Assembly (NCBI GenBank): GCA_017609985.1
Contig: JAFCCW010000005.1
Coordinates: 1-62,776, forward strand
DNA: 62,776 bases
Source of the DNA: Candidatus Iainarchaeum sp.
GTDB taxonomy: Archaea; Iainarchaeota; Iainarchaeia; Iainarchaeales; JAFCCW01
Reading direction: 5' to 3'
A program made the translations under genes and the position numbers. The notes below the pieces were generated by a model. That model saw only the letters and a list, made by a program, of their open reading frames with translations, was not told where the DNA came from and made no database searches. Positions 1-10,470 of this stretch are shown in pieces. How positions within the stretch are numbered: the stretch's first letter is position 1; each line of letters begins with the position of its first letter.

Positions 1-965
1 GTTACTGTGTCGCCAGCATCAACAGAAGCTGGAGAAATTTCAAGTGAAACATCAAAGACATCAGATACTGCCGAACAATTTGGTGCAGAAGCACAATCTA
101 AATCAGCACAATCAGTTAATCCATCTAAGTCATCGTCGAAGCCATTGTCACAAATTTCGGAAGGAGGGCTGACAGAACAATTGGTTCCTGCTTCACATCT
201 TGGATCATAATAACATTGAGCATCACAAGGAGGAACATCACATTGGAACGGACAAGAACAATCAGGGTCTATTGGACATGCAAGATTTGTTTCACAATCT
301 GTATTGCATTCGCCGTCTGAATCACAATCTAAATAACAGCAATCAGGATCGTCAGCGCATAAGGGGTCAGGTCTGCAATCAGCATTGCATGAATCATCAG
401 CAAAACATTCTCTTTCACAACCCTGCACTTGCCCCTCAGTGCTACAGCAAATACTATAAGAAAGTTCTGAATCACAATCGTCAACATGAGCATTGGATTG
501 AGAAGAAGCTTTTGCAAGACACTCCTGTCCAGAAGCACATTCTCCAGCAACAAAAGCACAACTTATTGTGCCCTCTGAAACTTTAATGCATCTTGGAGTA
601 TTAAAAACTCCGCTAATTGAAGAAGCAATGTGAGTATTGGTCAACTGGTCTTCAGGAACAGCAAAAACAAAGGCTTCGTCTGAGAGAGTATCAGATTTAG
701 TGCACTGGCTTCCAATGAAAAGAGTTTTGTCAGACTTGCAACAAACCTCATTAGGATATTCATCATGCGGATTCCAAGCAGCAACACTAATATGCTCTCC
801 GCCAATACCCACATTACTGTAGCTGAAAACAAGCTTTTCTCCAGCAACACATTCAGTAGTGTTTTCTGAAGTGGCATAACTTAGTTTGCAGTCAAGAGAA
901 GCAAAAGCAAATGGCACAATAAGGAATAAAAACAATATAACAAAAACATTCTTTTTCAGATTCAT
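1..965 (-). CDS. Secreted Cys-rich surface protein (partial, runs off window)
   Basis: Absent from the ORF track. Manual translation from ATG at 965 (GGTGA upstream) gives MNLKKNVFVILFLFLIVPFAFA (signal peptide), stays open to the window edge, is Cys/Asp-rich and contains EICDNGFDDDLDGLTDCADLDC. Confidence 0.85.
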   Translation of the reverse strand, partial: MNLKKNVFVILFLFLIVPFAFASLDCKLSYATSENTTECVAGEKLVFSYSNVGIGGEHISVAAWNPHDEYPNEVCCKSDKTLFIGSQCTKSDTLSDEAFVFAVPEDQLTNTHIASSISGVFNTPRCIKVSEGTISCAFVAGECASGQECLAKASSQSNAHVDDCDSELSYSICCSTEGQVQGCERECFADDSCNADCRPDPLCADDPDCCYLDCDSDGECNTDCETNLACPIDPDCSCPFQCDVPPCDAQCYYDPRCEAGTNCSVSPPSEICDNGFDDDLDGLTDCADLDCASAPNCSAVSDVFDVSLEISPASVDAGDTV

Positions 966-1039
966 CTTATCACCATTGTTTGAATGATAGAAACTGGAAA
1001 CCAACAGGGTTATTTTCCCTGCTGAAAACCAATCAACCA

Positions 1040-2907
1040 TCACCTGCTGTCTTTCATGAATACATCAAACTGTATCCAACCATCTCCAGAGCTTGTGTCA
1101 TTACCCCATGCTTCAATACTATATCTTTGCCCACCACTGTACTCACCATAGGAAACTTCAGACATCTTGATTTTGAACCAGTTTGGTATTCCAGGAAAGA
1201 CATCTGGCTGGTTAGCTTCGCCATCGGAAACAAGGGAAGAACAAGGTATTGACCCAGACCCATACTTCCAGCAACACTCCCAAGTAGTGCTATTTTTCTT
1301 AACAAAATCAATCTTTCCTATTGGCCAGTCCTGATTTTCCCTGTTGTTTATCTTTATATAATTCGGCGCGTAATCAGGCAAACCTGTGGAAAAGTTTGAA
1401 CCATAGTTATGTTCAAAGTACATTTTTCCGCCTGCAACAAGGTTGTATGCTGCTGCTTTGTAGGCAGATCTGACTGAGGCTCCGGATGCATATCTATAGT
1501 AAATCTCGTAGTCCCAGTAGCCATAGTTTGGGCTGTGATCCATCTGATGGATTATAATCCGGTCAGGAGCATCATCCAAGAGATAAGAATAGATTGCCTG
1601 CTGCTGGTGAAGATACTTCATAGTTTCTGTGCCGTTAGGAACTTCATATTGCTTGTCGTCAGGCATAGAAAACTCAAGCCAGAACGCATCATTGTTTGAA
1701 ACCCTTATCTTACTACATGATGCTGGAGAATAATCATTTGGAATGCAGGAAACAGTATGACAAGTGATTGTTTCACCTACATTGTCACTAAAAGAAGCGT
1801 TTGGCACCTGCCCCAGACAAAAGTCATCAAGCCTGTTTCTAACTTTCACCATGACTTCAACACTTTTGCCACTTTCAGGCCATAGTTCCTGAATTGAAAC
1901 CTGATTATTAGGATAAGTTATATTGTACTGATCCGAACCCGCGTTTAGTTTCGACAGATATGTTTGAACACCCTGTTTCGGACTCAGCACTATTTCTGCT
2001 TCCTCAGTCATGCTTGTTCCAGCAACCAGTAAATTCCAGCCACTGCCACCAACAGCGACTTCAGGAGACGCCCAGTTAGAAATACAATCTTCTTGTGGTT
2101 CGCCTGAACTGTTCTCGCTTAACAGACAGATCTGACCAGTGTTAAGCTTTGTAAGGGTTGCTTCAGGAGTCATGCTAACAGTTACGTCTCCGGAACCGTC
2201 ATCTTCCGTGCTTGAAATAGCAATGTTTGAACCTGCTGTCACAGAACTGACTCCAACAACAGTTTCACCACCACCTGTTCCGCCTCCACTGCCAGTGCTA
2301 TCAGGACAGTTGGTTCCGTCGGAAAGGCAGACTTCCTTGCCATGAACCATAACACTGTCACCATCCAATTGAATAGTATCAGCAACCATCCTGATTGATG
2401 TCTGCCTATGTTCATGTAAGAATCGCCGTTCCAGACAAAGGAACTCAGGAATGCTATGGGAAAGTCAGAGGAATCCATCTTCTCGCTCCATTCAGCAATC
2501 CAGTTGTTAAAGTTGTAATTTGGGTCATCGCCAAAATCCTCAGAGCGTATGGCAACCATAGAGCCAGTCTTCGTCAAGCCGTCCACTGTCAGGTCGCCGT
2601 CCTGCATTTTTATCATCTTTGAGGTTCCGGGCGCAACGCTTGTGTCACCAACAGTCAAATAGTCTTTCGCAGTTATTCCCCCGTCAAAGTCAGCACTTTG
2701 GCCTTTCAGGACGCTGTTGAGAGTAGTTATTCCCTGAACAGTTAAACCTGTGTTGACAAGCACGTTCTCAAAACCGCCTTCAGTAAAAACATCAATCACA
2801 TCAGTGTAAAGCGTTTGATGGCCGACTTTTTCAGCTGCAAAGCCCTGCCCTGCCAAAAGGCAGAATACTGCGAAAAATAAAGAAAATTTCAAAAACCTTG
2901 AATTCAT
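1040..2907 (-). pseudogene. Secreted fibre/adhesin-like protein split by a single frameshift near 2400
   Basis: ORF 2239-2907 has a signal peptide and overlaps ORF 1040-2389. One added base at ...ATA GG(N) CAG ACA TCA ATC AGG ATG joins them. Fibre-like motifs GVSSVTAGSNIAIS and GQICL...CISNW. Confidence 0.6.
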
Positions 2908-3075
2908 TTTGGACCCTCCGAAGCATATGCTTATGATTAATTGATAAATATATGATTTTGTTATTTTTATTTGTTTCGGTTAAAAATTGAGCAAATTAAT
3001 AAAGAAGATATGTTTAAATATATTTAACTTTCATAATTTATTGAAAGTTCAATATTTTGTGAAGGTGTTTTTGTT

Positions 3076-3582
3076 TTGGAAACAGCAAGAGAAGAATTTA
3101 TTGAAATGATTTCTGAAATAAACAGAATAAAGGGTTTAGACGCACTTTCATCAAAACTCATCGGCGTGCTATTTATCGAGCCAGAGGAGATTTCTTTGGA
3201 GAGGTTGACTGAGTTAACAGGATACAGTCTTTCAGCAATAAGCACTAGCATGAAATTCATTGAAAAAACAGGTTTTGTTAAGAGAATCAAAAAGCCAAAG
3301 TCAAGAAAGGTTTACTATTTCATGGAAAAAGGATTGATTGACAGTTTCCTGGATGTCATGGAAGGCAGGTTTATGACAGTAATGGAGACTGCGAGAGAGA
3401 AAACTCCTGAAATCCTTGAAAAATACAGAAAAGTGAAGAAAAAATCAGAAAAAGCAAAAAAAGAGCAGGAAATTGTTGAAATATATAATAAAGAAATAAA
3501 TATAGTTGAGTCCATATTTAAACAGCTTGTTGAAGATTTGAAAACTGAAAAGAAAAAACTAGTTGAAGGGAGAGCAAAATGA
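3076..3582 (+). CDS. GbsR/MarR-family transcriptional regulator
   Basis: wHTH ISLERLTELTGYSLSAISTSMKFIE...SRKVYY; heads the ABC operon. Confidence 0.85.
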   Translation: METAREEFIEMISEINRIKGLDALSSKLIGVLFIEPEEISLERLTELTGYSLSAISTSMKFIEKTGFVKRIKKPKSRKVYYFMEKGLIDSFLDVMEGRFMTVMETAREKTPEILEKYRKVKKKSEKAKKEQEIVEIYNKEINIVESIFKQLVEDLKTEKKKLVEGRAK

Positions 3583-4286
3583 AAGCAATTGTTAGAGCAG
3601 AGAACGTGTCCAAGGTCTTTGACATGGGAAAAGTGCAGGTTAAGGCACTGGACAACATAAATGTTGAAATTGATGAAGGAGAATTTGTTGCAATAATGGG
3701 CCCTTCCGGCTCAGGAAAGACAACCCTGCTTAATATGCTGAGCGCTTTGCTTAGGCCAAGCGCAGGAGAGGTTTTTGTTAACAACAAGCCGATTTCAAAA
3801 ATGGATGACGACGAGCTTGCGATTATAAGGGGAAAAACAATCGGTTTCATTTTTCAGACATTTAACCTTATTCCAAGAATGACTGCTTTAGAAAATGTGA
3901 TGTTGCCAATGTGGTTTGCTGGATTGTCAGTCAAACAAAGAGAAGAGCGAGCAAAAGAAGCTCTTGAAGATGTTGGATTAGGAGATAGGGTGGATCACAA
4001 ACCAAACGAGCTTTCAGGAGGACAAAGACAGCGCGTGGCAATAGCAAGAGCTTTGGGAAACAAGCCAGACATTATTGTTGCTGACGAGCCAACAGGAAAT
4101 CTAGACTCCAAGAGCGGAGAACAAATTCTTCAAATTATTGAAGAACTGAACAAAAATGGAAAAACTGTCCTCATGGTAACGCACGAGCGCGAGATTGGAT
4201 TAAGAGCGGAGAGGATTGTTCATATTAAAGACGGCAAAATAATTGAAAACGAAATAAGAAAGACAGGAAGGAGGTCTCCAAAATGA
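3579..4286 (+). CDS. ABC transporter ATP-binding protein (LolD/MacB type)
   Basis: Walker A GPSGSGKT, signature [20 protein letters not shown]. Confidence 0.95.
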   Translation: MKAIVRAENVSKVFDMGKVQVKALDNINVEIDEGEFVAIMGPSGSGKTTLLNMLSALLRPSAGEVFVNNKPISKMDDDELAIIRGKTIGFIFQTFNLIPRMTALENVMLPMWFAGLSVKQREERAKEALEDVGLGDRVDHKPNELSGGQRQRVAIARALGNKPDIIVADEPTGNLDSKSGEQILQIIEELNKNGKTVLMVTHEREIGLRAERIVHIKDGKIIENEIRKTGRRSPK

Positions 4287-5506
4287 AGAAATTATTAATT
4301 GCAATAGCTGCTATTGCTTTGCTGTTACCAGCAGCAATGGCGGAAAATCTTGCCGTGGAATCATTTAGTTATTCCCCGACACCGGCAGTCCCGGGAAAAT
4401 ACATAGACTTGTGGGTTCATTTGAAGAATGACTCACCATATGTGCTGAAAGGAGTTACGTTCGAGCTTGACTTAAAAGCAAGCTTTGAAGGCGGATCTGA
4501 TTTTCCTTTTGAACTGGAAGACGGCGACAGTCTGAAAAAAGAGCTTGGAACTCTTTCAGCAAAAAAGACAGCATTAATCCATTACAAGATAATGGTTAAT
4601 GAAAACGCTTTTGACGGCGACTACAGCATTGGCTTGATTTATTCGTCAGATGGAGCTACTTCAAAAAAGGAAACTGTTACAGTAAAGATTCAGAACAGAA
4701 ACCCTGACCTTGAAATCGTGGGAATTGAACCCTCTGAAATCGGACCAGGGCAGAGCAAGGAAATAGAACTCCAGATAAAAAATGTTGGAATGGAGCAAGC
4801 AACAAATGTTCTTGTAGGAGTAAGCGAGGACAGAACTGTGACAAGCACAGGAATTGTTGTTGAAAGAGATATTCTGCCAGTTGGCGGAGTACACTATATT
4901 GAATCCATTGCGCCAGGAGAAATTTACAAAGCAAAAATTTCAATTGGAGCAAATCCGGAAGCAGAGCTGAAAATTCACACTGTCCCAGTAACTCTTGAGT
5001 ATAAGGACGGAAACAGCAATAACCTGTCTGAAACCGAGTATATTGGAATAAAGGTTTCACAGAATGCAGAACTTGAATCAGTTATCAACAGCCAGACACC
5101 TCTTGCAGTTGCAGGAGGAACATCGGAACTGAAAATTGACTTGTTCAATGCAGGGATTGGCTCAGCAAAATACATAGTTGCAGAGCTTTCAAGTGATGCA
5201 GGCGAGTTTGAAAACAGCAAGGTGTTTATTGGAACACTTGAAGCTGATGACTTTGACTCGTTCAAGACAGACATAAAAATTGACAGCGGAATAGAACCAG
5301 GAATACATACTCTGAACCTAAAACTCAGCTACAAAAACCAGTTTGGAATGGCTGAAGAAATGGAAATTCCACTGGCTCTAAAAATTTATTCCCCAAGCGA
5401 AGCTGGAGGCGACGCAGGAATTGATTTTTGGTTCCTAGTAGTAGTTGCAATCGTGCTCTACTTTGTTGGAAAAAGAGTATACAAAAAATACATAAAAAAA
5501 CAGTGA
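4283..5506 (+). CDS. COG1361 S-layer-domain/Ig-like membrane-anchored protein
   Basis: Signal peptide, repeated Ig/CARDB-like segments, C-terminal TM helix; typical position in archaeal MacB-type operons. Confidence 0.8.
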   Translation: MKKLLIAIAAIALLLPAAMAENLAVESFSYSPTPAVPGKYIDLWVHLKNDSPYVLKGVTFELDLKASFEGGSDFPFELEDGDSLKKELGTLSAKKTALIHYKIMVNENAFDGDYSIGLIYSSDGATSKKETVTVKIQNRNPDLEIVGIEPSEIGPGQSKEIELQIKNVGMEQATNVLVGVSEDRTVTSTGIVVERDILPVGGVHYIESIAPGEIYKAKISIGANPEAELKIHTVPVTLEYKDGNSNNLSETEYIGIKVSQNAELESVINSQTPLAVAGGTSELKIDLFNAGIGSAKYIVAELSSDAGEFENSKVFIGTLEADDFDSFKTDIKIDSGIEPGIHTLNLKLSYKNQFGMAEEMEIPLALKIYSPSEAGGDAGIDFWFLVVVAIVLYFVGKRVYKKYIKKQ

Positions 5507-5519
5507 CGGAGAGAATGGA

Positions 5520-6719
5520 ATGGCTATTGGAGAGACCTTTGCGGTTGCGCTGAAAAACCTAAGGCACCAGCGCATCCGTTCCTTCCTTACTCTCGCAGGA
5601 GTAATAATTGGAATAGCAGCCATAGTTGCACTTATCTCTCTTGGCAATGGATTGAATATTGCTGTGACACAGCAGTTTGAAAAGCTTGGAATGAACAGCA
5701 TTTATGTAGAGCCAGGCAACAGCATGGGGTTGGAAACAGCGATTGCGAGAACACTGACTGACAGAGACGTGGAATTACTTGAAGACATTCAAGGAGTGGA
5801 AGTTGTAATTCCTTTTTATGAAACAAGCGGAACCGCAGTTCATAGAAATGAAAGCGAGGGCGTGTTCATTCTTGGATTTAATCCAGAGCACAATGACAAC
5901 CTGAGAGAAATGGGTTTCATGGATGTGGAAATTGGAAGAGAACTTGACGTAAACGACAGATACTCTGTACTGGTTGGAAGAAGATTTGCAGAAAAAGCCT
6001 ATGAAAAAGAGCTTGGGCTAAGATCACACATTGAACTAGAGGGAAAAAAATTCAGAGTAATTGGGATTGTTTCAGATTCCGGAATGAGCATTGGAGGAAT
6101 AAGCGTTGGCAATGTTGTGTACATGCACAAGGACATCATAGGAGAATTATACGGAGAAGAAGACCCAGTGGAAATACAGGTGAATGCAACCACTCAAGAA
6201 GACGTGCCAGCAGTTGTTGAAAGAATAGAGTACGAGCTTGAAAAAGACCACGGAGAAAAAGACTTTTATGTAATGAGCACAGAACAGATTTTAACCGGGG
6301 CAAACATGGTTATTGGAATTATTCAACTTGTTCTTGTGGGAATTGCAGCAATCTCGCTTGCAGTCGGAGGAATAGGAATAATGAACACAATGTTCATGTC
6401 AGTAATGGAGCGAACAAGAGAAATCGGAATAATGAAAGCAATCGGAGCAACAAACAAAGTTGTCAGAAACATCTTTATTTTGGAAGCAGGATTGATTGGA
6501 GCAGTAGGGGGAGTAATCGGTTCAGCAATAGGTTTTGGTTTTTCAGTAATTGTTTCCATAGGAGCATCAGCCACTGGTTTTGACCTGCCAGTTGAATTCT
6601 CGTTGCTTCTTTTTGCAGAAGCAATGCTGTTTGCACTTGTAGTGGGAATGATCTCAGGATATATTCCTGCAAGACGGGCTTCGGAACTCGATCCAGTGGA
6701 GGCGCTGAGATATGAGTAA
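5520..6719 (+). CDS. ABC transporter permease (MacB/FtsX family)
   Basis: RSFLTLAGVIIGIAA, GIMNTMFMSVMERTREIGIMKAIGA, PARRASELDPVEALRYE. Confidence 0.95.
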   Translation: MAIGETFAVALKNLRHQRIRSFLTLAGVIIGIAAIVALISLGNGLNIAVTQQFEKLGMNSIYVEPGNSMGLETAIARTLTDRDVELLEDIQGVEVVIPFYETSGTAVHRNESEGVFILGFNPEHNDNLREMGFMDVEIGRELDVNDRYSVLVGRRFAEKAYEKELGLRSHIELEGKKFRVIGIVSDSGMSIGGISVGNVVYMHKDIIGELYGEEDPVEIQVNATTQEDVPAVVERIEYELEKDHGEKDFYVMSTEQILTGANMVIGIIQLVLVGIAAISLAVGGIGIMNTMFMSVMERTREIGIMKAIGATNKVVRNIFILEAGLIGAVGGVIGSAIGFGFSVIVSIGASATGFDLPVEFSLLLFAEAMLFALVVGMISGYIPARRASELDPVEALRYE

Positions 6720-7926
6720 GCTCAGGGAATCAGGAATTGACTTAGAACTGTTTAAGAGATCAGCAACAAGTTTGAGAAAACAGGGAATGCGAACTTTTCT
6801 CACAACACTGGGGGTAGTAATAGGAATAGCTGCAATAGTTGCATTGATTGCCGTGGGGCAGGGGCTTAATACTTCAGTGCAGGAAGAGTTTGAAAAAATG
6901 GGTTCAAACACAATCATTGTGTTGCCTGGAGCAAATTTTACTCAGTCCACTTTTGCAAGTCTGGAAGAAAACGACCCGAAAAGAATTGAATCAATAAATG
7001 GAGTGGAAGATGTTTTTTCAATATATTTTAAATCAAAACAAGTTGAATTTGAGGGCGTGAAAAGAAGCTCGGTAATAATGGGATTAAATCCTGAAAAACA
7101 AGAGGGAATGAAAACTATTGGAATGCTTGGACTAAAAGAGGGAAGGGATCTTGCAGACAATGAAAAATTTGCTGTTCTTTTGGGCGAAAGATTTCAAGAA
7201 GAATCATTTGAAAACGATATTCAAATAAAACAAAGACTTTTAATTGAAGGAAAAAGCTACAAAGTAGTTGGAATAAATGAGTCTGGAGGAAGCTCGTTCG
7301 GTTCAATGTTTGACAACGCAATTGTAATGCCAAAAGAAGGACTTGATGAAATATCAGAAGAAACACTAACACCTTTCAGGATAATTGTTAAAGTTTACAA
7401 CAAAGAAGACATTCCAGATGTAAAAAAAAGAATAACCAAAGTTCTGGAAAAAGCACACGGAGAAGAAGACTTTCAGATAATGACAGCTTCACAGATACAA
7501 GAAAGCGCAGGAGCAATTCTCGGACTAGTGCAGGCAGTGCTTGTGGGAATAGCAGCAATCTCACTCGCAGTGGGAAGCATCGGAATAATGAACACAATGT
7601 TCATGTCAACAATGGAGCGAACAAGAGAAATCGGAATAATGAAAGCAATCGGAGCAACAAACAAGCACATAAGAAATCTTTTTCTTATTGAAGCAGGATT
7701 TATTGGAGCAGGAGGAGGCATAATTGGAGTTGGAATCGGATTTGTAATTGCATTGGTTGTGGGAGTCATTGCAGACGTGTCAGGATTTCCGCTAAGAATT
7801 AACCCAGACATTGTATTGTTTTTGGGAGCCGTGCTTTTTGCAATGAGTGTTGGAATGATTGCAGGATATATTCCTGCAAAGAGAGCATCAGAAATGGATC
7901 CAGTGGACGCACTAGGACATGACTGA
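6712..7926 (+). CDS. ABC transporter permease (MacB/FtsX family), paralog
   Basis: Same motifs (ERTREIGIMKAIGA, DPVDAL). Confidence 0.95.
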   Translation: MSKLRESGIDLELFKRSATSLRKQGMRTFLTTLGVVIGIAAIVALIAVGQGLNTSVQEEFEKMGSNTIIVLPGANFTQSTFASLEENDPKRIESINGVEDVFSIYFKSKQVEFEGVKRSSVIMGLNPEKQEGMKTIGMLGLKEGRDLADNEKFAVLLGERFQEESFENDIQIKQRLLIEGKSYKVVGINESGGSSFGSMFDNAIVMPKEGLDEISEETLTPFRIIVKVYNKEDIPDVKKRITKVLEKAHGEEDFQIMTASQIQESAGAILGLVQAVLVGIAAISLAVGSIGIMNTMFMSTMERTREIGIMKAIGATNKHIRNLFLIEAGFIGAGGGIIGVGIGFVIALVVGVIADVSGFPLRINPDIVLFLGAVLFAMSVGMIAGYIPAKRASEMDPVDALGHD

Positions 7927-7986
7927 AAAAAAAGGAAAAAGAAATTGGTTTTTATATAATTGACTGTTTAGAAATTGATTAGTTAG

Positions 7987-8097
7987 AAATTAACTATTTC
8001 AAAATTAACTATTTCAAAATTAACTATTTCAAAATTAACTATTTCAAAATTAACTATTTCAAAATTAACTATTTCAAAATTAACTATTTCAAAATTA
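7987..8097. repeat. Perfect 15-bp tandem repeat (AAATTAACTATTTCA) x~7.4
   Basis: Directly visible; supplies the TAG stop of the GT4 gene. Confidence 0.95.
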
Positions 8098-9202
8098 CAG
8101 AAAAAAGTTTGGCAGTGTAATTGGACTTGTACTTAGTGATATTGTTTTTTGAAATCTTTTCAAGAAGAGCAGGACTAGAGAGAAGAGAGATGATAGCAGA
8201 AGCAAGCTTGAAAGAATCCTTCCTTGAAACAATTAACCCATTTTTTTTGTGCTGAACAATCAGAGGGATTGCGCTTGTGTCAGTTGAAACAATGGGAAGA
8301 CCGAAAGCCATTGCTTCAAGTATTGTGACAGGCATTGCTTCCCTGCGATAAAAAGTTGGAAGAACAAAAACATCTGCTTTTCTCAAAAGCTCTTCTTTTC
8401 TCTTTCCGGAAATTGTGCCTAGAAAAGAAACATTGCCTCTAATTTTGTTTGAGTCAATAATTTGCTTTACTAAGACAGGATTAAAATCATCACCCTTTGC
8501 CCCTGCAAACACAAAGGAAGCAGATGGAAATTTTTTCAGAACAGCAGAAATTGCTTCAAGAAGAACAAGATATCCTTTTTCCTCAAAAAGATTTGAAAGA
8601 AAAAGAATAACTGGATTCTTTAGATTAAATTTCTTTTTTTCAGAATGAAAAGAACCTGTTCCGTTTTGAACAGAAAAAACTTTTTTAAGAGAAACTATAT
8701 TTGTGAATTGTTTTCTGTGGCTTTCGTGAGGAACAATTATTATTTGAGATGAATCAAGCAGGAAAGAAATAACTTTTTTCAATAGACTGCTTCTTGAATT
8801 AAAAAATTCTCCAAAATTAGAACAATGAATATGAAGAACAATTTTTTTGCGAGTTAAAAGTGCGGGGACAGAAAGAATAAAATCCCGGATAAAACCGTTT
8901 GTTGTAGAGGAAAGATTTTTATAAAAAATCTGAGAGCCTCCAAACAGGATTTTTTTTGAAATCTTAAAAAAAGCCCGGGCAGAATAATAAAATTTTGCAA
9001 GACTTATTTTTCCGTTAATCTCGCAAATTGTTTTCACAGGAGTTGTGTCAACAAAAGACAAATTAAATTCCTTTGCAAAATCAGACTCAACAGTGTTTTT
9101 GACCATGATGCTTTCGCCGTGAAAAGGCGGCGGAAAATCAGCAGCAAACAACACATTAGGCATGCAGAAAGGATTGTTCAAAAAGATTAAAACAAGAGGC
9201 AT
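8084..9202 (-). CDS. Glycosyltransferase family 4 (GT-B); start possibly 9163
   Basis: FLSNLFEEKG, ADVFVLPT..EAMPVTILEAMAFGLPIV. Confidence 0.9.
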   Translation of the reverse strand: MPLVLIFLNNPFCMPNVLFAADFPPPFHGESIMVKNTVESDFAKEFNLSFVDTTPVKTICEINGKISLAKFYYSARAFFKISKKILFGGSQIFYKNLSSTTNGFIRDFILSVPALLTRKKIVLHIHCSNFGEFFNSRSSLLKKVISFLLDSSQIIIVPHESHRKQFTNIVSLKKVFSVQNGTGSFHSEKKKFNLKNPVILFLSNLFEEKGYLVLLEAISAVLKKFPSASFVFAGAKGDDFNPVLVKQIIDSNKIRGNVSFLGTISGKRKEELLRKADVFVLPTFYRREAMPVTILEAMAFGLPIVSTDTSAIPLIVQHKKNGLIVSRKDSFKLASAIISLLSSPALLEKISKNNITKYKSNYTAKLFSVILK

Positions 9203-10422
9203 TATCTTGGTTCAAGTTTCAAAATTCTGCGGCACATTGTTGTGCTTCCCTTGACTGATTTTTCTTCAGGAACAAGATTGAAGAATTTAACATAAGAAGA
9301 AAGGCGTTCGTGCCTGAGAGTGTTCTCCATGCTTTTTCCCAGAAGAGATTTTGGAAAAGAAAGATTGAGAACATGAGAAAGAGTAATCAAGGCTTCTTCA
9401 AAGATTTTTGATTCCACAAGTTTTTTTTCAGGAAGAGGAACTGACAAATTATGAGACGAAAAGAAAGAAGAATGCATTGAAGGAAGAAATGCTCCGTTTT
9501 CAAAACCAATAAAGCGCATGAAAGCGCGAAAAGAAGGAAGAGACATAATTACCGGGGGAGTGCTGGGTGAAGACTTTGAAAGCAAGTCAAGAGCTGAAGA
9601 AAATTCATTGAAAGAAATATCTGATTCGGCAATAATGAAATATCTTCCTTGCGAATCAAAATAGGACGGAATAAAAACTTCTGAAAAACCAGGAAGAGAA
9701 AGAAGATTTTTTGAAAGAGGCTTGCGGGATAGCTGAACCTCTTTTTTTGCAGAACCAGCTTTGCTAAGCAGATGCTTTGAAAAAGAATCCAGTTGCTTGA
9801 AAGCGCTGAAACAAATTTGCTTTCTGAACAAACAAGAGTCTTTTGGAAAAAAGTTTTTTTCGCGCACTGCAGACAAGAGCGAGAGAGAAGATTCATCAGG
9901 GTCAAAACCATAAAGAGACATTGTCTCAAAAATTTTCTCCGCACTTCTTGCATCAAGCCTTACAAAGCGCTTGTTCTTGAAAGAAAAAAAATAGGAAAAT
10001 AAACGGGAATAAAAAATGTCAATAGATGAATGAAGAGGAAAAAGCAGATTTTTGCAAGATAAAGATTCCTTTGAATTAAACAAACGAAGAAAACTGGGAG
10101 AGCGAAGGTCGCGCTCTTCAAAAACAAAAGACTCTCCAATGAACGGAAAAATTGTTTTTGAAAAAGTAAAACCAAGAGAGAAATATTTGATAAATTTGGC
10201 ACGCTGTTCAGGGGCCATGTCTTTAATTATAGTAAAAGAATCAATGTCACTGCTCAACGCAAACCAAGAATCAGATGCAAAACTGTTTCTCACAAAAAAA
10301 TCTTTTCTCGCAGAATGGGATGTGGCAAGAGAAAGAAAACCAGCTGAAAAAGAATAATATGCACTTGCAATTCTCCGCAAAAAAGGAACTTCGTTGATTT
10401 TTGCTGCAACAGGCTCAAGCAT
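9202..10422 (-). CDS. Hypothetical protein
   Basis: 406-aa ORF coupled to the GT4 gene; no motif recognised. Confidence 0.6.
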   Translation of the reverse strand: MLEPVAAKINEVPFLRRIASAYYSFSAGFLSLATSHSARKDFFVRNSFASDSWFALSSDIDSFTIIKDMAPEQRAKFIKYFSLGFTFSKTIFPFIGESFVFEERDLRSPSFLRLFNSKESLSCKNLLFPLHSSIDIFYSRLFSYFFSFKNKRFVRLDARSAEKIFETMSLYGFDPDESSLSLLSAVREKNFFPKDSCLFRKQICFSAFKQLDSFSKHLLSKAGSAKKEVQLSRKPLSKNLLSLPGFSEVFIPSYFDSQGRYFIIAESDISFNEFSSALDLLSKSSPSTPPVIMSLPSFRAFMRFIGFENGAFLPSMHSSFFSSHNLSVPLPEKKLVESKIFEEALITLSHVLNLSFPKSLLGKSMENTLRHERLSSYVKFFNLVPEEKSVKGSTTMCRRILKLEPR

Positions 10423-10470
10423 GCAATATACTACTAATAAAGTAATATATAATAGTTTGAACTAAACTAA

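Noticed and set aside
7-877. Short ORFs listed in 7-877
   Set aside because: They are off-frame or antisense to the long minus-strand Cys-rich ORF starting at 965.
6375-7664. Diversity-generating retroelement TR/VR pair
   Set aside because: Both copies lie in conserved permease motifs, there is no adenine-specific variation pattern and no reverse transcriptase.
7987-8097. CRISPR array
   Set aside because: Head-to-tail repeat with no spacers, and no cas genes in the window.
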